64,000 bases of DNA from assembly GCA_047519465.1 (NCBI GenBank), contig JAPVTA010000102.1, forward strand, positions 2,297-66,296, written 5' to 3'. The notes beneath the pieces are model-generated. The model ran no database searches, was not told the DNA's origin, and saw nothing but the letters and a program-made list of their open reading frames with translations. The first letter of the stretch is position 1; each line of letters opens with the position of its first letter. Below, one piece after another: positions 1 to 9,614 of the stretch. The position numbers and the translations under genes were made by a program. The stretch comes from Thermodesulfobacteriota bacterium (lineage in GTDB: Bacteria > Desulfobacterota > BSN033 > UBA1163).

Positions 1-5
1 TCCAT

Positions 6-251
6 GTGATATCAGAAGATGTCATCAGCAAGGTCCAGCAGGTTGCTGAAGGGGTGGCAAATCTGAATGAAAAATTCGATCGGCGCATTGATGGACTTGA
101 TCAAAAGATGGATGAAAGACACAAAGATTTGTTAGCGGCTATCAAATTTTCTTATGCAGAACTTGACCGGCGGATCATCTATCTCGAGACTGAATTACAA
201 ACATTAAAGCATTGTGTTGAACAAATTGAAAGAAGAATGCCTCCTGGATAA
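6..251 (+). CDS. Hypothetical coiled-coil protein, possibly 5'-truncated at the window edge
   Basis: 81-aa ORF starting at GTG at the window edge with a heptad-like charged pattern; no recognisable family. Confidence 0.25.
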   Translation: MISEDVISKVQQVAEGVANLNEKFDRRIDGLDQKMDERHKDLLAAIKFSYAELDRRIIYLETELQTLKHCVEQIERRMPPG

Positions 252-388
252 GAACCTACCCATCTCTCTCCAACCCTTTTTGGGGAACTGAGTCTGTTTT
301 TCGCATCCGCCTTTTCCACCCAATTACCTAAAACCCGATCCTCCATTTTGGTCTGACTTCTTACTCTCCATGAAGGGTCCTTAACCAG

Positions 389-1837
389 TTACTGACTTGC
401 TTTATTGACGACATAAGGAAGAGTCAGGGTGGCGCAGGCCCCACCCTCAGGGCAATTCTCCAGTTGAACCTCTCCGTGGTGGAGCACGGCCACCTCTTTG
501 ACGAAATTTAGGCCAAGCCCTGTACTTTTTCCCCCTGTGTCTGGCCTTTGAAGAGAGAAGAACTTTTCAAAAACTCTTGCCTTCGCGTATTCGGGTATTC
601 CCGGGCCGTAGTCTCTTACCGAGAATCGAAATCTCCCTGCCTCCGATTGGCCCGCCAATTCAATCTGGCCTCCGGCCGGGCTGAAATCAATCGCATTTTG
701 GATAAGGTTCGAAAGAGCCTGATAGAGAAGAAAGGCGTCTCCTTCGATCAGGATATTCGCCGGAATACGAGACAAGACACGGAGGCTCTTTCCCGACAGG
801 AGAATCTGTTTACTTTCAAGCACCGTTTTGGCCAGAGAGTGCACCAGAATTCTTTCCCTCTTTTCAAGATTCTTGAGATTCTCCAGCTTGGAGAGCTCCA
901 GCATTCGGTCGACAACGTCTTGAATTCGGCCCGCCTGGCTGCGAATATTTGCCAGAAAATGGGCCTGCTTTTGCGGGTCCATTTCTTCGGCAAGCAGCTC
1001 CGCCGCCCCTCGAATCGCAGAGAGGGGGCTCTTGATCTCATGCGTGAAAGAATGGATGTATTCCTCCACATACTTTTTCCCTTCCAGGGCTTCTCGCATC
1101 TTCTCAAAAGCTTTTCCCATCTCACCGATCTCACTTCGGCCCAACCTCGGAAAAGAACTTCTCCTTCCTTCCCTGACATCGTTCGCATACCGCGTCAGCC
1201 TTCTAATCGGTTGCGTGATCCACATGGAGACGAAAAGACTGAGGAGCGCTGCTGCGGCTGCGAAAATCCCAAACATCTTCAAGAGCCGGGGTCTCGCATT
1301 GTTTAGAAAATTGTTGATATTGGTCGTCGGCTTGGCAACGGTCAGCACCCCTGCGATCTTATCCCCCACGATGACGGGCGACGCAACATAGAGAACGGTT
1401 GAAGTCGGGTCTTTGAGATTCTGTTTCGTCGACCTCGCCCCATACTTCCCGTTGAGAGTCAGTTTGATGTCCCGCCAATTGGAATAGTCCTCTCCGATAA
1501 TCCCCTTGTCCTTCGAATCAAAAAGAATCTTTCCATACGCGTCGGTGATGTATACCCGTGTGTCTACACCCGTCTTGTTGAAGTCGTAGATTCTCGCGGG
1601 CAATGGGCGCCGGTAAACGTGCTCAAAGGTCTTGTATAACCCTTCCGGACTAAACCCCCTCCCTTCTATTTGGCTTCCTATCATTGCCGCGAGGATGCTG
1701 GCTTGGTCCACCAAGGAATCTTCCACGCCCTCGAGATAACGGACGCGCAATGTCCCCAACGTCCAGTGGACGGGATAATAGAAGCACACAACGAAAATCG
1801 CCAGATAGCAGATGAAAATACGGGTGCCGAGTCTCAT
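389..1837 (-). CDS. creC: Two-component sensor histidine kinase (CreC-like)
   Basis: N-terminal TM helices, HAMP-like linker, H-box HEIKSPLSAIRGAAELL, and C-terminal HATPase_c G-boxes (GLGLNF). 4-nt overlap with the upstream response regulator. CreD lies adjacent. Confidence 0.8.
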   Translation of the reverse strand: MRLGTRIFICYLAIFVVCFYYPVHWTLGTLRVRYLEGVEDSLVDQASILAAMIGSQIEGRGFSPEGLYKTFEHVYRRPLPARIYDFNKTGVDTRVYITDAYGKILFDSKDKGIIGEDYSNWRDIKLTLNGKYGARSTKQNLKDPTSTVLYVASPVIVGDKIAGVLTVAKPTTNINNFLNNARPRLLKMFGIFAAAAALLSLFVSMWITQPIRRLTRYANDVREGRRSSFPRLGRSEIGEMGKAFEKMREALEGKKYVEEYIHSFTHEIKSPLSAIRGAAELLAEEMDPQKQAHFLANIRSQAGRIQDVVDRMLELSKLENLKNLEKRERILVHSLAKTVLESKQILLSGKSLRVLSRIPANILIEGDAFLLYQALSNLIQNAIDFSPAGGQIELAGQSEAGRFRFSVRDYGPGIPEYAKARVFEKFFSLQRPDTGGKSTGLGLNFVKEVAVLHHGEVQLENCPEGGACATLTLPYVVNKASQ

Positions 1838-2514
1838 AGCTCCTCTTTCAAAGAGTATCCCATGCCGCGGTGGGTCGCGATGGGATCCAGGTCGGGTTTA
1901 ATGTTTCTGAGTTTGTTCCGAATGTTCTTGATGTGGGCGTCTACGGTCCGATCCAGGCTGGTGTCGGGTTCATCCCAGCACAACTCCATCAACTGATCGC
2001 GCGAGAAAACATGTCCCGGCCGCCGGATGAAGGTTTTTAGTAAGGCATACTCGTATCTCGAAAGGTCCAGGGAACTTCCAAAATACAGAATTTGCCGCCT
2101 CGACTCATCCACCTGAAAGGCCTGGGCCGGCAATCCCGAAGCACGAGCAGGCTGGGTTCTGCGAAGGATCGCCTTGACCCTTGCGGACAACTCCCTCGGG
2201 CTGAACGGTTTGGTCATGTAGTCATCCCCTCCGATCTCAAGCCCGACAACCTTGTCGATCTCGTCAGCCCTTGCCGTTAAGAAGAGAACGGGAACGTTCA
2301 ATGTCTTTCTGATCTCCTTACAAAGATCAAACCCACTCATGTCAGGGAGACCAACGTCGAGGAGGATGAGATCCACCGACTCCTTGGACAGAAAGGACCG
2401 GACTCCCTGGCCTGAGGCGAGACAGACTGTGCTGAAACCGTCCGTTTCAAGCGCATACTGAATCGTATCAGCAATGGCAGGTTCATCTTCTACGATAAGG
2501 ATCTTTGGTTTCAT
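1834..2514 (-). CDS. creB: OmpR-family response regulator (CreB-like)
   Basis: Receiver domain MKPKILIVEDE...D...K plus winged-helix trans_reg_C C-terminus; 226 aa; translationally coupled to the kinase. Confidence 0.8.
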   Translation of the reverse strand: MKPKILIVEDEPAIADTIQYALETDGFSTVCLASGQGVRSFLSKESVDLILLDVGLPDMSGFDLCKEIRKTLNVPVLFLTARADEIDKVVGLEIGGDDYMTKPFSPRELSARVKAILRRTQPARASGLPAQAFQVDESRRQILYFGSSLDLSRYEYALLKTFIRRPGHVFSRDQLMELCWDEPDTSLDRTVDAHIKNIRNKLRNIKPDLDPIATHRGMGYSLKEEL

Positions 2515-2622
2515 AGCGGACTCGGCACCTCTCTAATATCTGACCGAACGGGCGTATCTTCTTGCCCCTTATGCTACACAGAATGCGTCTTGAACGCAAC
2601 TGAATTCTACGTAAAGACCTAA

Positions 2623-3993
2623 TCATTCCTTTCCCGCTTGGATCTCAACAAGGTTATTTTCTTTCTCGAGCAAAGGGGCCTCCCCCCCTTTGCCAACGCC
2701 TCCGATATCAAACCAGTTAATGCGCCTGGTCAGGAACATGACGACGGCAAGGATGACAAACAGACCGATGCTGCCCAGGAGAAGGGCATAGTCCTCAAGC
2801 TGAAGCGTCACAAAGAGAAAGAGGTAAAGAGCTGCGAGGATGCCTCCGATAACGGCGGCGGCCTTTTTCGTCTTAAGCACGCTTTTGGCATAAGCGGATA
2901 TCAGGAGGATTATCCCCACACTCGAGATGGTGTAAGAAACGTTAAATGGGATGTGCTCTGAAAGAGAGAGAAGGATCACGTAGAAGAGAACGATGCCGAG
3001 CCCGACGAGTGTATACTGCACGGGGTGTATGGCGCTACCTGAGAAGATCTCCGTAAGAAAGAACGCCATGAAGGTGAGGGCGATGAACATGATGGCATAT
3101 TTGACAGCTCGGGTGACCTTCTGGTATTCATCAACAGGCTGAAGTAACTTGACGCCGAATGCCGAATTCCCGACGCAATGAGCACTCCCTGTCCAGACTT
3201 GCGGGAAATTTCTGTTGAGGTGCTGGACGCTCCACAGAGCCTGAAAACCATCCGGCCTGATCTCCCTTTTCTCCGGAAGAAAGTTTCCGATGAAGCTCGG
3301 ACTATTCCATCTCGAAGACATTTTGACCAGGGTCTCCTTTCCGACTGGGACGATATTGAATTCTGCGCTGCCGTTGAGGAGAATATCTGCAGAAAAAGCA
3401 TATTCGTTCCGCCAGAAATTGACCGCAGGAAATACGGTAAAGCCTGATTTGACAATATCCGATAGTTTGGCTCCAGGGCTTGCCGAGAGTTTCTCGCCAC
3501 CCCAGTTCAGGATAATCGCATTTTTGATGCCTCGCAGGTCCGTAATGCCCACTGTGATAAAAGCCTCCTTCAAAATCAGATGCTCCTGCAAGAGATCATA
3601 TTTCTCAAGTTTGGGAAGGATGAAAATGCCTTTAAGTTTAATGACAGCTTGGTAGAGGACCGCCTCGTAGATTCCTCGATAGCGAATTTCCGGCTTGAGA
3701 TCAATCTCCGCCTGGAGTGCCTCGGGCATGATGTGCAAGCAATCCTCATAAAAAAAGGTCTTTCCTTTCGCGTCCTTCGTGGGTTTCCTGAAAGGGATGG
3801 TCAAGACGGGGCCTGTGATGGTCTGAATATTCCCCCACTTCTGGCTGACTTCGTTGACGGCTTCATTCCTGCGTTGCTGCCGCTCGGCAACGAGAGATCC
3901 TATCGTTGCGGCAAGGATAAAGAGGAAGAGTGCCACCAACGCAATGACAAACATTCTTACTGTGACTGAAGACTTGAGTTTGCCTTCGTTCAT
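2623..3993 (-). CDS. creD: Inner-membrane protein CreD
   Basis: 456 aa with an N-terminal TM, a large periplasmic domain and a C-terminal multi-TM bundle, collinear with the CreD family (cell-envelope stress); adjacent to creBC-like genes. Confidence 0.7.
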   Translation of the reverse strand: MNEGKLKSSVTVRMFVIALVALFLFILAATIGSLVAERQQRRNEAVNEVSQKWGNIQTITGPVLTIPFRKPTKDAKGKTFFYEDCLHIMPEALQAEIDLKPEIRYRGIYEAVLYQAVIKLKGIFILPKLEKYDLLQEHLILKEAFITVGITDLRGIKNAIILNWGGEKLSASPGAKLSDIVKSGFTVFPAVNFWRNEYAFSADILLNGSAEFNIVPVGKETLVKMSSRWNSPSFIGNFLPEKREIRPDGFQALWSVQHLNRNFPQVWTGSAHCVGNSAFGVKLLQPVDEYQKVTRAVKYAIMFIALTFMAFFLTEIFSGSAIHPVQYTLVGLGIVLFYVILLSLSEHIPFNVSYTISSVGIILLISAYAKSVLKTKKAAAVIGGILAALYLFLFVTLQLEDYALLLGSIGLFVILAVVMFLTRRINWFDIGGVGKGGEAPLLEKENNLVEIQAGKE

Positions 3994-4144
3994 ATCGGTC
4001 TCCTTTCTTGGGTATTAAAGATTGGAGCCGAGAATAAATCATTCATGTGAAAATATTTTGAAGAAAAGATGAAAAATTGATGAAAAATGCGGGATTGAGG
4101 CGGTTATTGCACAACCAGAAAAACCAAGTGGGGCCGTTCTAACC

Positions 4145-4549
4145 TCAAACCGATGGGTAGCAGCTCAGAGAAGAATTTCGCGCGATATGATCGAAGTCCG
4201 AGTCTTTATGTAGGAGAGTGCATTGATAATCCATCGCCAGGACAGCAATGAGCACATCGATCACCGAAGTTGTAACGCCCTTTCTTCTAAGTTGAAAAAT
4301 CAATTCGGCTGATTTGTACCAGTGCTCGTCCGTTGTTCGGAGCCAGTAAAGACCCTTTGCGTAATCCTCGATACTCTGTTTTTCTTGAGTATCTCTCGCT
4401 CCCTGGATGAGCTCAACCAGGATAGAACCTGCTATGGCCACTCTGTCTTCATCAAGCAGGATGGAGATCGCTTTTTTCATATCCTCATATCCGCGGCGGG
4501 CAAAAAAGCAAATCCATCCACTGGTATCAATCAGAACGCGATTTTTCAT
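4145..4549 (-). CDS. vapC: Type II toxin VapC (PIN-domain RNase)
   Basis: PIN signature with acidic residues (DTSGWI..E..D..D); 4-nt ATGA overlap with the upstream small antitoxin ORF. Confidence 0.8.
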   Translation of the reverse strand: MKNRVLIDTSGWICFFARRGYEDMKKAISILLDEDRVAIAGSILVELIQGARDTQEKQSIEDYAKGLYWLRTTDEHWYKSAELIFQLRRKGVTTSVIDVLIAVLAMDYQCTLLHKDSDFDHIARNSSLSCYPSV

Positions 4550-4782
4550 CGCTTGGCCATCCGAAGGTTTCGATGCACTTTTTCTCGACGATGTCGAATT
4601 CTTTTCAGATCAGACAATCTTGTCTGGATCATCCCACTGCCCGCAGATTGTCTAAGTTTCTCCCGAAGTTTTGACCGGATCAGTTCTTCTAACGCCAGCA
4701 GGATGACCTCCTTTTTCGTCTCTGCCTGTGACAATTCCATCGCTTTTTTTAAAACATCTTCGTTAATGTCCACCAGCGTCTT
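4546..4782 (-). CDS. vapB: Type II antitoxin VapB (DUF2191-like)
   Basis: MKTLVDINEDVLKKAMELSQAETKKEVILLALEEL is typical of VapB-type antitoxins; start moved to the internal ATG; overlaps the vapC start. Confidence 0.7.
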   Translation of the reverse strand, partial: KTLVDINEDVLKKAMELSQAETKKEVILLALEELIRSKLREKLRQSAGSGMIQTRLSDLKRIRHRREKVHRNLRMAKR

Positions 4783-4897
4783 CATCCTGCCTCCCGATAT
4801 ATACAAATTTAGATGATTTATATATATAAGTCAAGGCCTGCTCAAAATAGAGGCTCCGGCCACCTCCACCTGATTGCTTAGAAAATACATTTCCAAA

Positions 4898-4936
4898 CCC
4901 CCCTCCCCCCTTTTACTAAAGGGGGGGATTTTTTTG
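4898..4936. terminator. GC-rich hairpin with T-run between the emfourin-like gene and the vapBC operon
   Basis: cccccctcccccc / ttttactaaa / ggggggg followed by tttttt. Confidence 0.5.
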
Positions 4937-4946
4937 TAGGCCGGTA

Positions 4947-5267
4947 TCAGCGGGATTCCTTACTCTTCCTTGTTTGGCGGGCTTTTTCCATCAGCCAATT
5001 GACGAGGGGCTTTAATTTCTCGGGCATGACTTCTTCGCTCACCATCACCGTGTGCTGCCCGGCTTTCTCTTCCAACCTCAACTCATACTGAAAGCGGTCA
5101 GGCTGGGGAGATTGCGACACAATCTTCCCGGGCAAGTTAAAGAAGTCAGCCTCCTCGATTAGCTGGCGAAGCTTCAGAGCCTCATCCGGCGCAACGTCTT
5201 TTTCGTCAACGGTCGTTCTCACCGTTATGCCGGCAAAACCACCGCTTCGCTCAATCGAAATTCGCAA
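4947..5267 (-). CDS. Emfourin-like inhibitor of protealysin-like M4 metalloproteases
   Basis: 106-aa cytoplasmic protein (MRISIERSGGFAGITVRT...) located immediately downstream of a protealysin-like protease, matching the known PLP-emfourin bicistron; family assignment recalled from memory, not searched. Confidence 0.55.
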   Translation of the reverse strand: MRISIERSGGFAGITVRTTVDEKDVAPDEALKLRQLIEEADFFNLPGKIVSQSPQPDRFQYELRLEEKAGQHTVMVSEEVMPEKLKPLVNWLMEKARQTRKSKESR

Positions 5268-5512
5268 CGTCCTTCCTCCCTAGATCCTAATCTGGCATTA
5301 ACCTTAATGTTTCAAAAAAGTGAGCTGTACGAACCCGGGCAGGCCGGTCGGAAAGGCTTCGAGGCGAACCTTTTGGCGTCTCAGCACTGACGTGCCATTT
5401 TGCAGCCAGAGGTCACTTAAAGCGAATCCCCCGGTTTCCCCTAAATCTCCTAAAACCGCCATTCGAAGCATTGGAGAACGGTTTGTCCGGGTTCACCTCT
5501 GCAACTTCCGCG

Positions 5513-6556
5513 TCAAATCACCCCAACGGCTTTCCAGGCCTTCTGTACCGCTTTCATCTCTTTGCTTCCGTTACCGTACAGATCTTTGGCAACACTGATG
5601 GTGGCGGAAGCCGCCTGCGCAAAATTCGATTTGCTCCGTAGCCGGTCCCGCAGAGCGATGTACCAGATCTTTCCGGCCTTCGTCCACGCATTACCACCGA
5701 TCTCCACGGCCGCAAGGTAGAAGGCATGGTTAGGAATGCCTGAGTTAATGTGGACGCCGCCGTTATCGGAAGTTGTCTGTACGTAGTCTTTCATCGTCGC
5801 CGGCTGAGGATCCTTTCCAAGAACCGGATCATCATAGGCTGTGCCGGGCGCCTTCATCGAGCGGAGGGCTTTTCCGTGAATATTCGGCATTAGAAGACCC
5901 GCACCGATGAGCCAGTCGGCTTTGGCCGCTGTCTGCTTCAACGTCCGCTGCTTCACAAGAGAGCCGAAGACGTCCGACATGGATTCGTTCAAAGCCCCCG
6001 GCTGATTCGAATAGGCAAGATTCGCTTCGTACTGGGTCACACCATGGGTCAGCTCATGGCCGATGACATCGATACACTTGGTGAAGCGAGCGAAGATCTC
6101 GCCATCTCCATCCCCATACACCATCTCGCTGCCATCCCAGAAGGCGTTGTCATAGTTGACATCGTAATGGACGTAGGAGACGATCCCCATCCCCCGGTTG
6201 TCTATGGAATTGCGCTCGTAGATATCGTAGTAGAGGTCATACGTGGCGCCTGCTCCGTCATAGGCTTCGTTAACCGCAACATCCTTTTTGGGAGGATCAC
6301 CCTCTTTACGGACCAGAGTGCCCGCAGGAGGCTGCCCGTCTTTGTGCTTGCAGTCATAGACCGTCCGATATTTATGGCCGACGGGCGCCGCTGACGGAAG
6401 AATTCCCAAAGCAAAGCGCTGTCCTCTGATAAAGCCAGCCGAGCTCAGGTTACGGAGAGCCCAATCCTGCTGATGAGGCTCACCTCGCTTGGCGATCTCT
6501 TCCAGCATATACGGCGGAATGATAGAGTGAATTCCTACATATCTTTTCGGTCTCAT
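5513..6556 (-). CDS. M4 (thermolysin-family) zinc metallopeptidase, protealysin-like
   Basis: HELTH zinc motif plus the downstream E(SMSD) third ligand region; about 347 aa with a short N-terminal propeptide and no signal peptide, as in protealysin-like proteases. Confidence 0.85.
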   Translation of the reverse strand: MRPKRYVGIHSIIPPYMLEEIAKRGEPHQQDWALRNLSSAGFIRGQRFALGILPSAAPVGHKYRTVYDCKHKDGQPPAGTLVRKEGDPPKKDVAVNEAYDGAGATYDLYYDIYERNSIDNRGMGIVSYVHYDVNYDNAFWDGSEMVYGDGDGEIFARFTKCIDVIGHELTHGVTQYEANLAYSNQPGALNESMSDVFGSLVKQRTLKQTAAKADWLIGAGLLMPNIHGKALRSMKAPGTAYDDPVLGKDPQPATMKDYVQTTSDNGGVHINSGIPNHAFYLAAVEIGGNAWTKAGKIWYIALRDRLRSKSNFAQAASATISVAKDLYGNGSKEMKAVQKAWKAVGVI

Positions 6557-6635
6557 AATCTCCTCCTTTTTGAAAAGTAATTGCCATCACAGGGTACCGA
6601 GCAGTATGGCTGTTAGAGGTGATGGGCTTCAAGGG

Positions 6636-7562
6636 CTACCAGTGCGATTTTAACCATTCTATTGTGGGTTCGAGAGCCACCTTATGTTCTGCAAAGTCTA
6701 TCATTTCAGGGATTCGATCTGCTGCGTCCATGGGAATATGGGTCGGCGGCGGAAATACAGGCGCCAGTCTGTGATACCTGTCACTCAAGATCTGCTTGCA
6801 CTGGTAGTCGGCGATGCCGGCGACGCCATCCAGCATGAGGCTGATAAGCGGCTTGACCCACTGGGCATAGCCCCAGTCGTGGTATTCGCCAGTGATATAG
6901 GTAAGGGATGTTCCTGTGCCAAGCGAGAACAGGACGACATCCTTTAAGGCGGGTCGATCGCCGATCCGTGGGTCTTGTGTTTGGGCAAGGGCGCACATGG
7001 CGGGATTGCTCGCAAAGACGCCCCCATCGACGTAACCGTCCGCAGAGGGAAAATAGGTTGGAGCTGCGGCCGTATAAACCCCCACTTTATACGCCAGCTG
7101 ATCTCCGTCGCTCCCCGGGCCTGGAAAGTTGTGGAACAGTTTCGGCTTCCATGTTCGTTGCCCTTGAGGATTGACGCCATCCAGATCAAAAGCTGTGATG
7201 AGGACTTTCTTGGAAAGTTGCGACAGGGTTGTCGCGCCCAAAATCACCTCGAGTTCTTTATCGAGGTTCACAATATCGTATTTTGCTCCGATGATCCCCC
7301 AAAGGTCGCGAACGTCCCGGAGCCACGAATCGTAGAAGATGATTTGGCCCTTGGTCTCGTAGAGATCTCGAATGACCTGAAGATCAAGCGGTTTGGCAAT
7401 GCCTAAGGCGAGAAGGCCGCCCGTGGAAGTGCCGGCCAACAGATCGACCTTGTCCAGCCACCCGGATAGGGAAGGTTCCGCCGAGAGTCGTTGAAGGAGT
7501 ATGGTGGAGATGATCCCCCGAATGCCCCCTCCGTCAATTGAAAGTATTCGGTAAAGGCCCAT
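6636..7562 (-). CDS. Patatin-like phospholipase
   Basis: GGGIRG oxyanion motif, GTSTGG serine hydrolase motif and a DGG aspartate motif. Confidence 0.85.
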   Translation of the reverse strand: MGLYRILSIDGGGIRGIISTILLQRLSAEPSLSGWLDKVDLLAGTSTGGLLALGIAKPLDLQVIRDLYETKGQIIFYDSWLRDVRDLWGIIGAKYDIVNLDKELEVILGATTLSQLSKKVLITAFDLDGVNPQGQRTWKPKLFHNFPGPGSDGDQLAYKVGVYTAAAPTYFPSADGYVDGGVFASNPAMCALAQTQDPRIGDRPALKDVVLFSLGTGTSLTYITGEYHDWGYAQWVKPLISLMLDGVAGIADYQCKQILSDRYHRLAPVFPPPTHIPMDAADRIPEMIDFAEHKVALEPTIEWLKSHW

Positions 7563-7573
7563 GGCAGTTCCCC

Positions 7574-8275
7574 CTACGGAGTTTTGGGATAACCGACATA
7601 TTCGAGTACGGCCTTGAACAAACTCGCCGAATCGGACAGTTGCTCATATGTTTCTTTTTTGCACATATCCCTATCCTCTTTCTTAAGCTTAAATCCCAGG
7701 TCCTTGGCCTTCCGGGCTATCCGGGCAATATTCTGTATCAAATCATCCTCATTCTTAATGCGGATTGGGTACAATACCACTTTATCAAGATTGCTTTTTA
7801 TTTCATTCTCAACAATACCATCGTTCAGGGTGTGATGCTCTGCGTTGAACTTATCACGAACAATATTATGAAAAGGCATCGACAAGTCTCCAATATAATG
7901 GCCTGCGTATGCAAGGTGGTAGACGCCATATTTGCCGGCACCCAACTCGTCCCGATAAGCCCGAATCGCTGCAACGATGGCACCATATAGATGGCCCTTT
8001 TCCTCTCCCTCTATTCCAAGGTTATATTTTTGTATTTGGCCCCTTATTAGTTCTGGAGTTATCTCATCCTTCTCCTCGTTATTCACCCAGTGATTATAAT
8101 CTTCCACGTGATAAGCCTTGAGTTTGGCAATGTCAGGGGCCACAAGGTAGCAAGCAAGATCGAAACCAGCAACCTCACCCACGGCAATGTGCGTGCGATC
8201 ATGCCAGGCCGTGGCCGGACTGAGACAGGAGAGAAATAAAAAAACAACCAGAAAACCAAGAGAAAATCTCTTCAT
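7574..8275 (-). CDS. Secreted zinc-dependent S1/P1 nuclease / phospholipase-C superfamily enzyme
   Basis: Signal peptide; mature N-terminus begins with W (AWHDRTHIAVG); HYIGDLSMPFH resembles the S1-P1 HxxGDxxQPxH motif. Confidence 0.55.
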   Translation of the reverse strand: MKRFSLGFLVVFLFLSCLSPATAWHDRTHIAVGEVAGFDLACYLVAPDIAKLKAYHVEDYNHWVNNEEKDEITPELIRGQIQKYNLGIEGEEKGHLYGAIVAAIRAYRDELGAGKYGVYHLAYAGHYIGDLSMPFHNIVRDKFNAEHHTLNDGIVENEIKSNLDKVVLYPIRIKNEDDLIQNIARIARKAKDLGFKLKKEDRDMCKKETYEQLSDSASLFKAVLEYVGYPKTP

Positions 8276-8319
8276 AAAATCCCCGGCCCGACGCCGCGCC
8301 CTGAGGGTGGAATGTTTAT

Positions 8320-9090
8320 TTAGCCGGTAGCGTGCACGTACAGCGCCGTTTCCACCGTGGCCACCAGGCCAACCAAGGAATGCATAACCATTAAAAGGTG
8401 AATGGAATCCGTCTTAAGTCGAGCGATTCCAAACAAGAGGCCGAGAACAAAAACCGTGGCGATGCCGTAAATCCCGTATTGCAGGTGGATGACGGCCCAA
8501 ATCAAGGAAGTAACTCCCACTGCCCCGATGGGCCCCAGCCGAGAGTACCGAATCCCCTGAAAGAGGAACCCCCGGAAGAAGATCTCCTCAAAAATTGGCG
8601 CCACAACGATGACCGCCAAAAGAAGGGCGGGAAGAGAGGAAGCGGTTTTATAAGCTTCGACCATAAAAGGAGGAACGACCGGTTGATGGAGGAGGTAACC
8701 CACCCCGTCGGATAGAAATAAGAATGCCGCCAGGAGAGCGAGCCATTCAACCCACTCTCTCCTCTGGGGCTCCCTGAAACCGATATAATCCTTGATGGAA
8801 ATATTCTTGCGGAGTCTAGCAAACAAGAGAGTCAGAGGTGTGCACATCAGCCCCGAAACAATCACCATCATGGCGATACAAAGGCCGTTGGAGGAGAGGG
8901 TTTTCGCGTAGGCCTCCGGATCTAATTCCGGATGCTGGGCCTTCTCGACCGAAACGAAGGCCATGACAGTGAAAAGTTGAAGGGCCAAAAAGAGAGCGAA
9001 GACGATCGCCGAAAACCCAAGGGTTGCCCAGAACCCCCAGGGCTTCGCCTTCATTTCATCCGGTGATGGCAACCATTCCTTCAGCGACAT
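8320..9090 (-). CDS. CPBP (CAAX/Abi) family intramembrane metalloprotease
   Basis: Multi-TM protein with the EEIFFRGF (EExxxR) motif and the FxxxH motif (LIWAVIH). Confidence 0.75.
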   Translation of the reverse strand: MSLKEWLPSPDEMKAKPWGFWATLGFSAIVFALFLALQLFTVMAFVSVEKAQHPELDPEAYAKTLSSNGLCIAMMVIVSGLMCTPLTLLFARLRKNISIKDYIGFREPQRREWVEWLALLAAFLFLSDGVGYLLHQPVVPPFMVEAYKTASSLPALLLAVIVVAPIFEEIFFRGFLFQGIRYSRLGPIGAVGVTSLIWAVIHLQYGIYGIATVFVLGLLFGIARLKTDSIHLLMVMHSLVGLVATVETALYVHATG

Positions 9091-9113
9091 GGGACCCTCT
9101 CGGAAAAGACGAA

Positions 9114-9587
9114 CTAAGGACCTACCTTTTTAAACACCCCTGTCTCGGAAAGTTCGTAAATGCCCGTGGCAAACCCAAGGGACGACCCGAATTTAACGTC
9201 TGCCACGGCCCTCCCCTCTGCCATTTCGCCCGCTGCCTTCTCAGCCGCCTTTGCAGCGAGATCTACGATCTTCTGAAGAAGGGAGAGGGCAGCGGATGAA
9301 TCTTGATGTGAGCTTAATTCCTTAACCTGTGCCTCCTCAACCTTGATCGTGAACTCGTGTTTCGACAGGAATGACCATGGCTTGATATCGTACGCATTCT
9401 TGATGTCGGGCAAGCTTACTAGCTGGCTGGTGTTTTTCTCTTTGTCCACAAGCAAGTAGATTTTCTGCGGGTAAACCCGGATCCCATGGACCTCGTTGGA
9501 ACGGGCAGCGTTCGTGGAGATCCCCGCACACCCACTCACCATCGACAATGAAACGACGAGAGCGAAGCAACCGATCACCTTTTTCAT
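9114..9587 (-). CDS. Lipoprotein, function unknown
   Basis: Signal peptide with lipobox (LSMVSGC). Confidence 0.5.
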   Translation of the reverse strand: MKKVIGCFALVVSLSMVSGCAGISTNAARSNEVHGIRVYPQKIYLLVDKEKNTSQLVSLPDIKNAYDIKPWSFLSKHEFTIKVEEAQVKELSSHQDSSAALSLLQKIVDLAAKAAEKAAGEMAEGRAVADVKFGSSLGFATGIYELSETGVFKKVGP

Positions 9588-9614
9588 GGCGAGTCTCCTT
9601 TCACTTGAGTGCTT

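Noticed and set aside
548-1391. ORFs 548-1306(+), 748-1188(-) and 1032-1391(+) inside the histidine-kinase gene
   Set aside because: Antisense or alternative-frame ORFs fully embedded in a well-supported 482-aa kinase CDS; no motifs; typical shadow ORFs of GC-rich coding DNA.
7574-8275. Strict call as phospholipase C
   Set aside because: The HYIGDLSMPFH motif fits the S1/P1 nuclease signature at least as well as zinc PLC, so it is kept at superfamily level.
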